Part shown: piece after piece, positions 1 through 19,777 of the stretch
Layout: the number at the start of each line of letters is the position of its first letter
Position numbering within the stretch: the stretch's first letter is position 1
Origin: Escherichia coli
GTDB lineage: Bacteria; Pseudomonadota; Gammaproteobacteria; Enterobacterales; Enterobacteriaceae
Strand: one strand, 5' to 3'
Length of the DNA stretch: 32,000 bases
Assembly (NCBI RefSeq): GCF_018884465.1
Contig: NZ_CP035860.1
Program-made: the position numbers and the translations under genes
Notes under the pieces: generated by a model
The model's input: only the letters and a program-made list of their open reading frames with translations
What the model was told of the DNA's origin: nothing
Database searches by the model: none

Positions 1-1
1 A

Positions 2-121
2 GCACTGGATAACGTGAAGACTTCATTACCGACAGATTTTCCGGAGAACGTGGTGACGGCAGTTGAAACCAATGTGTTGAGGTTGCATGGACGGTTAAGC
101 CGAGAATACGGTAGTAAGTGA
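2..121 (+). CDS. hipA: 3' end of HipA serine/threonine kinase toxin (partial; the window starts inside the gene)
   Basis: Translates to ALDNVKTSLPTDFPENVVTAVETNVLRLHGRLSREYGSK*, which I recognise as the E. coli HipA C-terminus. Stop TGA at 119-121. From memory, dif lies just downstream of hipA in K-12, as it does here. Confidence 0.85.
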   Translation, partial: ALDNVKTSLPTDFPENVVTAVETNVLRLHGRLSREYGSK

Positions 122-196
122 GATATGGGGTTTGGTCGTTGTTAATGAGCACGACAATCATGACCGCCAACGACTGGATTCTTCCTTGGTTTATAC

Positions 197-292
197 TGGT
201 GCGCATAATGTGACACGCGTTATGTTGAAAAGGCCGCTGCGATACTCTCCACCGCAGCGGCCTTTTTATACATAACGTCATTGTGCGCACTG
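197..292 (+). other. att hairpin region, copy 1 (two inverted dif-like sites around a GC-rich stem-loop; the outermost pairs are lost because the left arm is chromosomal here)
   Basis: Inverted repeat GTGCGCATAATG...CATTGTGCGCAC with an inner perfect 10-bp stem GGCCGCTGCG (232-241)/CGCAGCGGCC (253-262) followed by T5. The apex could also act as a bidirectional terminator. Confidence 0.75.
198..230 (+). other. attL: hybrid of the chromosomal dif XerC arm with the phage att site 1
   Basis: GGTGCGCATAA-TGTGACACGCG-TTATGTTGAAA. The XerC arm is identical to E. coli dif. It is followed by the 11-nt phage spacer and a XerD-like arm (9/11). Confidence 0.8.
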
Positions 293-296
293 AACC

Positions 297-452
297 TTAA
301 AGGATTTCAGTGTCCTTACTTAGTTTGTTGTGTATGGTCATCACCAACGGTAGGACAAGCGTTATCAGGCTGAATATTGTCATGCCTGTGATGCTGCCAA
401 CAACAAAATGCTTTATCAGCAGGTCAAGAATTAAGTCACTGGTTATCTGCAT
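297..452 (-). CDS. Candidate 51-aa single-TM membrane protein downstream of the regulator (below the ORF-track cutoff)
   Basis: My own translation of the minus strand gives MQITSDLILDLLIKHFVVGSITGMTIFSLITLVLPLVMTIHNKLSKDTEIL*. ATG at 452-450, weak AAGG 4 nt upstream. It is co-oriented with the regulator. It competes with the GTG-started plus-strand ORF at 310-501. Confidence 0.3.
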   Translation of the reverse strand: MQITSDLILDLLIKHFVVGSITGMTIFSLITLVLPLVMTIHNKLSKDTEIL

Positions 453-515
453 ATTGCCTTGTTTAACTGCTCCTTTGATCTTTCCTGGCCTGTTTGTTTA
501 ACGTTGGGAAAGGGA

Positions 516-716
516 TCACATTGCCTTTTTTTTCTTAAGTTCTTCCTGACTTACCATATCTATTGCTGCGTCTTTTGCGTAGTGATCTATCATGTAAGAC
601 AGTACTTCGGTCCATTTTATGCTCCTTCCTATCTTTTGACTTGCATCAATAGCTAATCTTTCTAGCTTTAGATACTTCTCGTTTGGCACGTTATAACTCT
701 TTCTTTTTTCAGCCAT
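516..716 (-). CDS. 66-aa ribbon-helix-helix-like transcriptional regulator (putative phage repressor, divergent from the rep operon)
   Basis: MAEKRKSYNVPNEKYLKLERLAI... fits a short N-terminal strand plus two helices. It is the only convincingly leftward gene. A GGGGG RBS lies 7 nt before the ATG. Its position is analogous to rstR of CTXphi. Confidence 0.6.
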   Translation of the reverse strand: MAEKRKSYNVPNEKYLKLERLAIDASQKIGRSIKWTEVLSYMIDHYAKDAAIDMVSQEELKKKKAM

Positions 717-848
717 TATTTAGCCCCCTTTTTGTATTTAGCCATCATGTACTCTAGAGCACTTGAGCAAATGTTGTTAATACATCTTGTGTTCATGATG
801 TTTTTTGAGTATGTTCTTTTTCGCTTATCATCATGAGGACATGAGGTC
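717..848. promoter_or_regulatory. Divergent promoter/operator region between the regulator and the orf82-rep operon
   Basis: Direct 9-mer TATTTAGCC at 717-725 and 735-743. Leftward TTAACA-18-TAGAGT and rightward TTGAGT-15-TATCAT promoter-like hexamers, found by eye. Confidence 0.4.
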
Positions 849-3090
<2,242 letters not shown>

Positions 3091-3120
3091 CTGAATTTTT
3101 AACATTGAGGAGTCTGATTT

Positions 3121-3546
3121 ATGAATCAAATTTATGACAGTTTTCCGTTTCCTTCCCCTGAGGGTTTTACTGCAGGTATGACAATGGCGGGATTTTTTAT
3201 TCACGCCACTGTCATAAATGATGAGGAGTTAAAACCCACGGGTTCTCATTATAACCCTGAGGCTAAACCCAAATATGCCATTGTTATTGCCTATCCGTAT
3301 GAGGACCGAAAATTAAAAGTCCGCCGTGAGGAGCATGAGCGATTTTCCTGTACTGAGGAGGATTTTAAATTTTTTAATTCATGTCCTGATTTGCAGGGCA
3401 AACCTGTTTATCTCACGGTGGATGTTAACTCATGGTCGACAGGCTCTGAACGTCATGGTGTCTGGTATCGTTTTATTTCCGGCTCCATGAAACGTTTTGA
3501 CGGTCAGCCGCTGGGTGCACTGCCCGCAGGTAAAGAAAAAGGCTGA
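3121..3546 (+). CDS. 141-aa protein in the gene V position, putative ssDNA-binding protein
   Basis: GAGGAG RBS. Sits directly after rep and before the coat genes, as in Ff gene order. The assignment is positional only. Confidence 0.45.
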   Translation: MNQIYDSFPFPSPEGFTAGMTMAGFFIHATVINDEELKPTGSHYNPEAKPKYAIVIAYPYEDRKLKVRREEHERFSCTEEDFKFFNSCPDLQGKPVYLTVDVNSWSTGSERHGVWYRFISGSMKRFDGQPLGALPAGKEKG

Positions 3547-3550
3547 TGAT

Positions 3551-3691
3551 ATGTCTGACGCTGATTTTCTGAACTTTGTTTTATTTGCTGCGCCTGCAAT
3601 GATTTTATTTTCTTCAGGTTTTGGCATCGGAATAAAACTGATTCGCGCCTGTGACTCACAAAGCATTACTGTTCAGCGTTATTATGACTGA
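3551..3691 (+). CDS. 46-aa hydrophobic protein, minor coat protein candidate (gene VII position)
   Basis: MSDADFLNFVLFAAPAMILFSSGFGIGIKLIR... has one TM segment. I chose the internal ATG at 3551 with an AAAGG RBS over the ORF-track start at 3497. Confidence 0.45.
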   Translation: MSDADFLNFVLFAAPAMILFSSGFGIGIKLIRACDSQSITVQRYYD

Positions 3692-3854
3692 ATTTGATTT
3701 CAGCGGTGTTTTATCCGCACTGAATTCTGGCGTACAGGACGGAGAGCTTTACTGGGCCGTTCTGTATGTCTGGATTGTCTGCTGGCTTCTTGGCTTTGGC
3801 CTTGGTGTTATTTTCACTCTGGTCTGCCGGATGTTCAGCGATGCTGTTAATTAA
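3684..3854 (+). CDS. 56-aa hydrophobic protein, minor coat protein candidate (gene IX position)
   Basis: MTEFDFSGVLSALNS...YWAVLYVWIVCWLLGFGLGVIFTLV has one TM segment. Its start overlaps the preceding stop (TATGACTGA). Confidence 0.45.
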   Translation: MTEFDFSGVLSALNSGVQDGELYWAVLYVWIVCWLLGFGLGVIFTLVCRMFSDAVN

Positions 3855-3860
3855 TTTTAA

Positions 3861-4121
<261 letters not shown>

Positions 4122-4136
4122 TAGTTATTTAACGAC

Positions 4137-4160
4137 AGCGCCCTTCGGGGCGCTTTTTTA
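4137..4160 (+). terminator. Rho-independent terminator after the major coat gene
   Basis: AGCGCCC-TTCG-GGGCGCT followed by T6. Same position as the terminator after gene VIII in Ff phages. Confidence 0.75.
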
Positions 4161-4163
4161 ATC

Positions 4164-5501
4164 ATGCCAGGAGTGTTTTGCTTGATTCGTTTTATTATTC
4201 CGCTTCTGTTTTTGTTCTTTTCTTCGCTTTCTTTTGCTGAGGAGAAAGAAGATCCGGATAAGCTTGTTCAGTGTTTTGGCCGTTTCGACTGCAGAACAGC
4301 TTATTCAGATGCGGGAGCATCGATTAAATTAGCCAGGGGAGCTGGTCATATTTATTGTGGTTCCGGTAGTTACGATGCGTGCTCCGGAATAATTCATTAT
4401 TGCGGTAATAGGCTATCAGACTCGTCTCAAGCGCCTTCCACCGTTGGGGTTTTTGTCCATGCCCGGTGGTTCGCATATAAAGTCTGGGATTTAGAGAAGC
4501 GAGAGTGGAGTACCTGCACTCTTGAATATCAGGGTGGTGAGGGGGATTTGACACCTGAATATAATAAGCCGCCAACTGACGAGATTTGTCTTTCTCGTCC
4601 GGTTCTTGATGGTATGACTTTTCCTGGTGTTTATAAAGGTGATGACGGGACCCGTTATGTTAATGTGCAGGGGTGTATTTATGAGGCAACCGGCAATCCT
4701 TTTATTTGTAATCCCGATGATGATACGGTTTGTACTGCCAACTGGAAACCAGTTGCTGTAGATCCTGCATTCTCCGATGATAAGGAGGATGACGGTAGCT
4801 CAGGTGGTGGCAGTTCCGGTGGTGGTAACTCAGGCGGCGGCAGCTCAGGTGGTGGCAGTTCTGGCGGTGGCAGCTCAGGTGGCGGCAGTTCCGGTGGTGG
4901 TAACTCAGGCGGCGGCAGCTCAGGTGGTGGCAGTTCTGGCGGTGGTAGCATAGGTGGTGGCAGTTCCGGTGGTGGTAACTCAGGCGGCGGCAGCTCAGGT
5001 GGTGGCAGTTCCGGTGGTGGTAACTCAGGCGGTGGCAGTTCCTCCGGCGACGGCTGGCTTGGTGATATTCTTGGCTGGTTGCAGCGTATTTGGGTTTCAG
5101 TGAATGATTTAAATAATGCTTTTTCTGTTTCTCAGGCTGATATTACCAGTGCGGTTAGTTCTTATGATTCACAGTTAAATGAATTAATTCATTCTGTAAC
5201 GCCTGAACAGGATGATATGTCTTCATTTGCTGACAGGCTTTTCAGCCTTCTTCCTGATGAGTGGCTTTATATTAATTTTGATAAATTACTTTTAACTGGT
5301 GAACTGCGTCGTTCTGGTGCTCAGCCAGTTCAGATTGAATTTCCGGGAATAAATGGGCTGTATTTTACAATTGACACATCTGATTTTGCTTCAGTTTATG
5401 ATGACATTATCAGGCCTTTATTAGAGTATGCTCTTTATGCATTAACGACTTTGCGTTGTTATTTTATTGTTCGTCGTGTTCTTTTTGTTGACAGGGGGTA
5501 A
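4164..5501 (+). CDS. pIII-like adsorption/minor coat protein (445 aa)
   Basis: Signal peptide, Cys-rich N-terminal domain, long Gly/Ser linker, and a C-terminal domain with a hydrophobic anchor that resembles the M13 pIII C-terminus by eye. An AGGAG sits 8 nt before the TTG at 4182, so the true start may be MIRFIIPLLF. Confidence 0.8.
   Translation: MPGVFCLIRFIIPLLFLFFSSLSFAEEKEDPDKLVQCFGRFDCRTAYSDAGASIKLARGAGHIYCGSGSYDACSGIIHYCGNRLSDSSQAPSTVGVFVHARWFAYKVWDLEKREWSTCTLEYQGGEGDLTPEYNKPPTDEICLSRPVLDGMTFPGVYKGDDGTRYVNVQGCIYEATGNPFICNPDDDTVCTANWKPVAVDPAFSDDKEDDGSSGGGSSGGGNSGGGSSGGGSSGGGSSGGGSSGGGNSGGGSSGGGSSGGGSIGGGSSGGGNSGGGSSGGGSSGGGNSGGGSSSGDGWLGDILGWLQRIWVSVNDLNNAFSVSQADITSAVSSYDSQLNELIHSVTPEQDDMSSFADRLFSLLPDEWLYINFDKLLLTGELRRSGAQPVQIEFPGINGLYFTIDTSDFASVYDDIIRPLLEYALYALTTLRCYFIVRRVLFVDRG
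4797..5036 (+). repeat. 16 x 15-bp tandem repeat encoding (S/N)(S/I)GGG pentapeptides in the pIII linker
   Basis: Read directly: SSGGG/NSGGG/SIGGG units. Codon variants (agctcaggtggtggc, agttccggtggtggt, aactcaggcggcggc) form a higher-order periodicity. Confidence 0.95.
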
Positions 5502-5503
5502 TA

Positions 5504-7072
<1,569 letters not shown>

Positions 7073-7083
7073 AGAGTTTAACT

Positions 7084-7146
7084 CGTCAAATACTAAATCG
7101 TGGGGCCCCGCTGGCCTGCCAGTGGGTTCCGATTTAGTGATTGACG
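7084..7146 (+). other. Long hairpin in the gene I-gene IV intergenic region (candidate packaging signal or complementary-strand origin)
   Basis: CGTCAAATACTAAATCG (17 nt), a 29-nt GC-rich loop, then CGATTTAGTGATTGACG, with 16/17 pairing. A second hairpin GGGTGATGG/CCATCGCCC follows about 27 nt downstream. Confidence 0.5.
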
Positions 7147-7224
7147 ACACTCAGGAAAGATACCCTTGATGAGGGTGATGGTTCACGCAGTGGGCCATCG
7201 CCCTGCTAAGCGGGTTTTTCCTGA

Positions 7225-8472
<1,248 letters not shown>

Positions 8473-8524
8473 GTGCCGACCGGGATTATCAGGACGCGGC
8501 ATCTCAGTTTACCCACCACAACGT

Positions 8525-8620
8525 CAGTGCGCATAATGTGACACGCGTTATGTTGAAAAGGCCGCTGCGATACTCTCCACCGCAGCGGCCTTTTTATACA
8601 TAACGTCATTGTGCGCACTG
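8525..8620 (+). other. Phage attP region, copy 2: 96-nt imperfect hairpin formed from two inverted dif-like sites
   Basis: CAGTGCGCATAATG...CATTGTGCGCACTG arms with an inner 10-bp GC stem at 8560-8569/8581-8590. See the findings for base-by-base pairing. Confidence 0.8.
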
Positions 8621-8624
8621 AACC

Positions 8625-8780
8625 TTAAAGGATTTCAGTGTCCTTACTTAGTTTGTTGTGTATGGTCATCACCAACGGTAGGACAAGCGTTATCAGGCTG
8701 AATATTGTCATGCCTGTGATGCTGCCAACAACAAAATGCTTTATCAGCAGGTCAAGAATTAAGTCACTGGTTATCTGCAT
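8625..8780 (-). CDS. Candidate 51-aa single-TM protein (copy 2)
   Basis: Same sequence as 297-452 (+8328). Confidence 0.3.
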   Translation of the reverse strand: MQITSDLILDLLIKHFVVGSITGMTIFSLITLVLPLVMTIHNKLSKDTEIL

Positions 8781-8843
8781 ATTGCCTTGTTTAACTGCTC
8801 CTTTGATCTTTCCTGGCCTGTTTGTTTAACGTTGGGAAAGGGA

Positions 8844-9044
8844 TCACATTGCCTTTTTTTTCTTAAGTTCTTCCTGACTTACCATATCTATTGCTGCGTC
8901 TTTTGCGTAGTGATCTATCATGTAAGACAGTACTTCGGTCCATTTTATGCTCCTTCCTATCTTTTGACTTGCATCAATAGCTAATCTTTCTAGCTTTAGA
9001 TACTTCTCGTTTGGCACGTTATAACTCTTTCTTTTTTCAGCCAT
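8844..9044 (-). CDS. RHH-like regulator (copy 2)
   Basis: Translation identical to copy 1. Confidence 0.6.
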   Translation of the reverse strand: MAEKRKSYNVPNEKYLKLERLAIDASQKIGRSIKWTEVLSYMIDHYAKDAAIDMVSQEELKKKKAM

Positions 9045-9176
9045 TATTTAGCCCCCTTTTTGTATTTAGCCATCATGTACTCTAGAGCACTTGAGCAAAT
9101 GTTGTTAATACATCTTGTGTTCATGATGTTTTTTGAGTATGTTCTTTTTCGCTTATCATCATGAGGACATGAGGTC
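9045..9176. promoter_or_regulatory. Divergent promoter/operator region (copy 2)
   Basis: Same as 717-848. C5 run at 9052-9056. Confidence 0.4.
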
Positions 9177-11418
<2,242 letters not shown>

Positions 11419-11448
11419 CTGAATTTTTAACATTGAGGAGTCTGATTT

Positions 11449-11874
11449 ATGAATCAAATTTATGACAGTTTTCCGTTTCCTTCCCCTGAGGGTTTTACTG
11501 CAGGTATGACAATGGCGGGATTTTTTATTCACGCCACTGTCATAAATGATGAGGAGTTAAAACCCACGGGTTCTCATTATAACCCTGAGGCTAAACCCAA
11601 ATATGCCATTGTTATTGCCTATCCGTATGAGGACCGAAAATTAAAAGTCCGCCGTGAGGAGCATGAGCGATTTTCCTGTACTGAGGAGGATTTTAAATTT
11701 TTTAATTCATGTCCTGATTTGCAGGGCAAACCTGTTTATCTCACGGTGGATGTTAACTCATGGTCGACAGGCTCTGAACGTCATGGTGTCTGGTATCGTT
11801 TTATTTCCGGCTCCATGAAACGTTTTGACGGTCAGCCGCTGGGTGCACTGCCCGCAGGTAAAGAAAAAGGCTGA
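11449..11874 (+). CDS. Putative ssDNA-binding protein (copy 2)
   Basis: Translation identical to copy 1. Confidence 0.45.
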   Translation: MNQIYDSFPFPSPEGFTAGMTMAGFFIHATVINDEELKPTGSHYNPEAKPKYAIVIAYPYEDRKLKVRREEHERFSCTEEDFKFFNSCPDLQGKPVYLTVDVNSWSTGSERHGVWYRFISGSMKRFDGQPLGALPAGKEKG

Positions 11875-11878
11875 TGAT

Positions 11879-12019
11879 ATGTCTGACGCTGATTTTCTGA
11901 ACTTTGTTTTATTTGCTGCGCCTGCAATGATTTTATTTTCTTCAGGTTTTGGCATCGGAATAAAACTGATTCGCGCCTGTGACTCACAAAGCATTACTGT
12001 TCAGCGTTATTATGACTGA
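11879..12019 (+). CDS. 46-aa minor coat candidate (copy 2)
   Basis: Identical to copy 1. Confidence 0.45.
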   Translation: MSDADFLNFVLFAAPAMILFSSGFGIGIKLIRACDSQSITVQRYYD

Positions 12020-12182
12020 ATTTGATTTCAGCGGTGTTTTATCCGCACTGAATTCTGGCGTACAGGACGGAGAGCTTTACTGGGCCGTTCTGTATGTCTG
12101 GATTGTCTGCTGGCTTCTTGGCTTTGGCCTTGGTGTTATTTTCACTCTGGTCTGCCGGATGTTCAGCGATGCTGTTAATTAA
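12012..12182 (+). CDS. 56-aa minor coat candidate (copy 2)
   Basis: Identical to copy 1. Confidence 0.45.
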   Translation: MTEFDFSGVLSALNSGVQDGELYWAVLYVWIVCWLLGFGLGVIFTLVCRMFSDAVN

Positions 12183-12188
12183 TTTTAA

Positions 12189-12449
<261 letters not shown>

Positions 12450-12464
12450 TAGTTATTTAACGAC

Positions 12465-12488
12465 AGCGCCCTTCGGGGCGCTTTTTTA
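12465..12488 (+). terminator. Terminator after the major coat gene (copy 2)
   Basis: Same hairpin plus T6. Confidence 0.75.
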
Positions 12489-12491
12489 ATC

Positions 12492-13829
12492 ATGCCAGGA
12501 GTGTTTTGCTTGATTCGTTTTATTATTCCGCTTCTGTTTTTGTTCTTTTCTTCGCTTTCTTTTGCTGAGGAGAAAGAAGATCCGGATAAGCTTGTTCAGT
12601 GTTTTGGCCGTTTCGACTGCAGAACAGCTTATTCAGATGCGGGAGCATCGATTAAATTAGCCAGGGGAGCTGGTCATATTTATTGTGGTTCCGGTAGTTA
12701 CGATGCGTGCTCCGGAATAATTCATTATTGCGGTAATAGGCTATCAGACTCGTCTCAAGCGCCTTCCACCGTTGGGGTTTTTGTCCATGCCCGGTGGTTC
12801 GCATATAAAGTCTGGGATTTAGAGAAGCGAGAGTGGAGTACCTGCACTCTTGAATATCAGGGTGGTGAGGGGGATTTGACACCTGAATATAATAAGCCGC
12901 CAACTGACGAGATTTGTCTTTCTCGTCCGGTTCTTGATGGTATGACTTTTCCTGGTGTTTATAAAGGTGATGACGGGACCCGTTATGTTAATGTGCAGGG
13001 GTGTATTTATGAGGCAACCGGCAATCCTTTTATTTGTAATCCCGATGATGATACGGTTTGTACTGCCAACTGGAAACCAGTTGCTGTAGATCCTGCATTC
13101 TCCGATGATAAGGAGGATGACGGTAGCTCAGGTGGTGGCAGTTCCGGTGGTGGTAACTCAGGCGGCGGCAGCTCAGGTGGTGGCAGTTCTGGCGGTGGCA
13201 GCTCAGGTGGCGGCAGTTCCGGTGGTGGTAACTCAGGCGGCGGCAGCTCAGGTGGTGGCAGTTCTGGCGGTGGTAGCATAGGTGGTGGCAGTTCCGGTGG
13301 TGGTAACTCAGGCGGCGGCAGCTCAGGTGGTGGCAGTTCCGGTGGTGGTAACTCAGGCGGTGGCAGTTCCTCCGGCGACGGCTGGCTTGGTGATATTCTT
13401 GGCTGGTTGCAGCGTATTTGGGTTTCAGTGAATGATTTAAATAATGCTTTTTCTGTTTCTCAGGCTGATATTACCAGTGCGGTTAGTTCTTATGATTCAC
13501 AGTTAAATGAATTAATTCATTCTGTAACGCCTGAACAGGATGATATGTCTTCATTTGCTGACAGGCTTTTCAGCCTTCTTCCTGATGAGTGGCTTTATAT
13601 TAATTTTGATAAATTACTTTTAACTGGTGAACTGCGTCGTTCTGGTGCTCAGCCAGTTCAGATTGAATTTCCGGGAATAAATGGGCTGTATTTTACAATT
13701 GACACATCTGATTTTGCTTCAGTTTATGATGACATTATCAGGCCTTTATTAGAGTATGCTCTTTATGCATTAACGACTTTGCGTTGTTATTTTATTGTTC
13801 GTCGTGTTCTTTTTGTTGACAGGGGGTAA
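12492..13829 (+). CDS. pIII-like adsorption protein (copy 2)
   Basis: Identical 445-aa translation. Confidence 0.8.
   Translation: MPGVFCLIRFIIPLLFLFFSSLSFAEEKEDPDKLVQCFGRFDCRTAYSDAGASIKLARGAGHIYCGSGSYDACSGIIHYCGNRLSDSSQAPSTVGVFVHARWFAYKVWDLEKREWSTCTLEYQGGEGDLTPEYNKPPTDEICLSRPVLDGMTFPGVYKGDDGTRYVNVQGCIYEATGNPFICNPDDDTVCTANWKPVAVDPAFSDDKEDDGSSGGGSSGGGNSGGGSSGGGSSGGGSSGGGSSGGGNSGGGSSGGGSSGGGSIGGGSSGGGNSGGGSSGGGSSGGGNSGGGSSSGDGWLGDILGWLQRIWVSVNDLNNAFSVSQADITSAVSSYDSQLNELIHSVTPEQDDMSSFADRLFSLLPDEWLYINFDKLLLTGELRRSGAQPVQIEFPGINGLYFTIDTSDFASVYDDIIRPLLEYALYALTTLRCYFIVRRVLFVDRG
13125..13364 (+). repeat. 16 x 15-bp Gly/Ser-coding repeat (copy 2)
   Basis: Same length and unit order as copy 1. Confidence 0.95.
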
Positions 13830-13831
13830 TA

Positions 13832-15402
<1,571 letters not shown>

Positions 15403-15413
15403 AGAGTTTAACT

Positions 15414-15476
15414 CGTCAAATACTAAATCGTGGGGCCCCGCTGGCCTGCCAGTGGGTTCCGATTTAGTGATTGACG
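15414..15476 (+). other. Gene I-gene IV intergenic long hairpin (copy 2)
   Basis: Same as 7084-7146. The second hairpin is at 15503-15533. Confidence 0.5.
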
Positions 15477-15554
15477 ACACTCAGGAAAGATACCCTTGAT
15501 GAGGGTGATGGTTCACGCAGTGGGCCATCGCCCTGCTAAGCGGGTTTTTCCTGA

Positions 15555-16802
<1,248 letters not shown>

Positions 16803-16854
16803 GTGCCGACCGGGATTATCAGGACGCGGCATCTCAGTTTACCCACCACAACGT

Positions 16855-16950
16855 CAGTGCGCATAATGTGACACGCGTTATGTTGAAAAGGCCGCTGCGA
16901 TACTCTCCACCGCAGCGGCCTTTTTATACATAACGTCATTGTGCGCACTG
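16855..16950 (+). other. Phage attP hairpin region (copy 3)
   Basis: Same as 8525-8620 (+8330). Confidence 0.8.
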
Positions 16951-16954
16951 AACC

Positions 16955-17110
16955 TTAAAGGATTTCAGTGTCCTTACTTAGTTTGTTGTGTATGGTCATC
17001 ACCAACGGTAGGACAAGCGTTATCAGGCTGAATATTGTCATGCCTGTGATGCTGCCAACAACAAAATGCTTTATCAGCAGGTCAAGAATTAAGTCACTGG
17101 TTATCTGCAT
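16955..17110 (-). CDS. Candidate 51-aa single-TM protein (copy 3)
   Basis: Same sequence as copy 1. Confidence 0.3.
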   Translation of the reverse strand: MQITSDLILDLLIKHFVVGSITGMTIFSLITLVLPLVMTIHNKLSKDTEIL

Positions 17111-17173
17111 ATTGCCTTGTTTAACTGCTCCTTTGATCTTTCCTGGCCTGTTTGTTTAACGTTGGGAAAGGGA

Positions 17174-17374
17174 TCACATTGCCTTTTTTTTCTTAAGTTC
17201 TTCCTGACTTACCATATCTATTGCTGCGTCTTTTGCGTAGTGATCTATCATGTAAGACAGTACTTCGGTCCATTTTATGCTCCTTCCTATCTTTTGACTT
17301 GCATCAATAGCTAATCTTTCTAGCTTTAGATACTTCTCGTTTGGCACGTTATAACTCTTTCTTTTTTCAGCCAT
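17174..17374 (-). CDS. RHH-like regulator (copy 3)
   Basis: The coding sequence is identical, but its G-run RBS is one base shorter (plus-strand C4 at 17382-17385). Confidence 0.6.
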   Translation of the reverse strand: MAEKRKSYNVPNEKYLKLERLAIDASQKIGRSIKWTEVLSYMIDHYAKDAAIDMVSQEELKKKKAM

Positions 17375-17505
17375 TATTTAGCCCCTTTTTGTATTTAGCC
17401 ATCATGTACTCTAGAGCACTTGAGCAAATGTTGTTAATACATCTTGTGTTCATGATGTTTTTTGAGTATGTTCTTTTTCGCTTATCATCATGAGGACATG
17501 AGGTC
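17375..17505. promoter_or_regulatory. Divergent promoter/operator region (copy 3, 1 bp shorter)
   Basis: The spacing between the two TATTTAGCC repeats is reduced from 18 to 17 bp, start to start. Confidence 0.4.
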
Positions 17506-19747
<2,242 letters not shown>

Positions 19748-19777
19748 CTGAATTTTTAACATTGAGGAGTCTGATTT

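Noticed and set aside
232-267. Treating the GGCCGCTGCG...CGCAGCGGCC-T5 hairpin simply as the gene IV terminator
   Set aside because: It probably does terminate transcription in both directions. However, it is the apex of a much longer inverted repeat whose arms are dif-like sites, so I annotated it as part of attP rather than as a stand-alone terminator.
310-656. Plus-strand ORFs 310-501 (GTG start) and 459-656; also in copies 2 and 3
   Set aside because: ORF 459-656 is antisense to the well-formed RHH regulator. ORF 310-501 is Cys/Arg/Ser-rich and competes with a cleaner minus-strand TM ORF. I kept it only as an alternative in the findings.
4679-4951. 90-aa minus-strand ORF encoding (LPPPE)n; also at 13007-13279 and 21336-21608
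   Set aside because: It is the antisense reading of the Gly/Ser-coding 15-bp repeat inside the pIII-like gene. It has no RBS and its composition is a mirror-image artefact.
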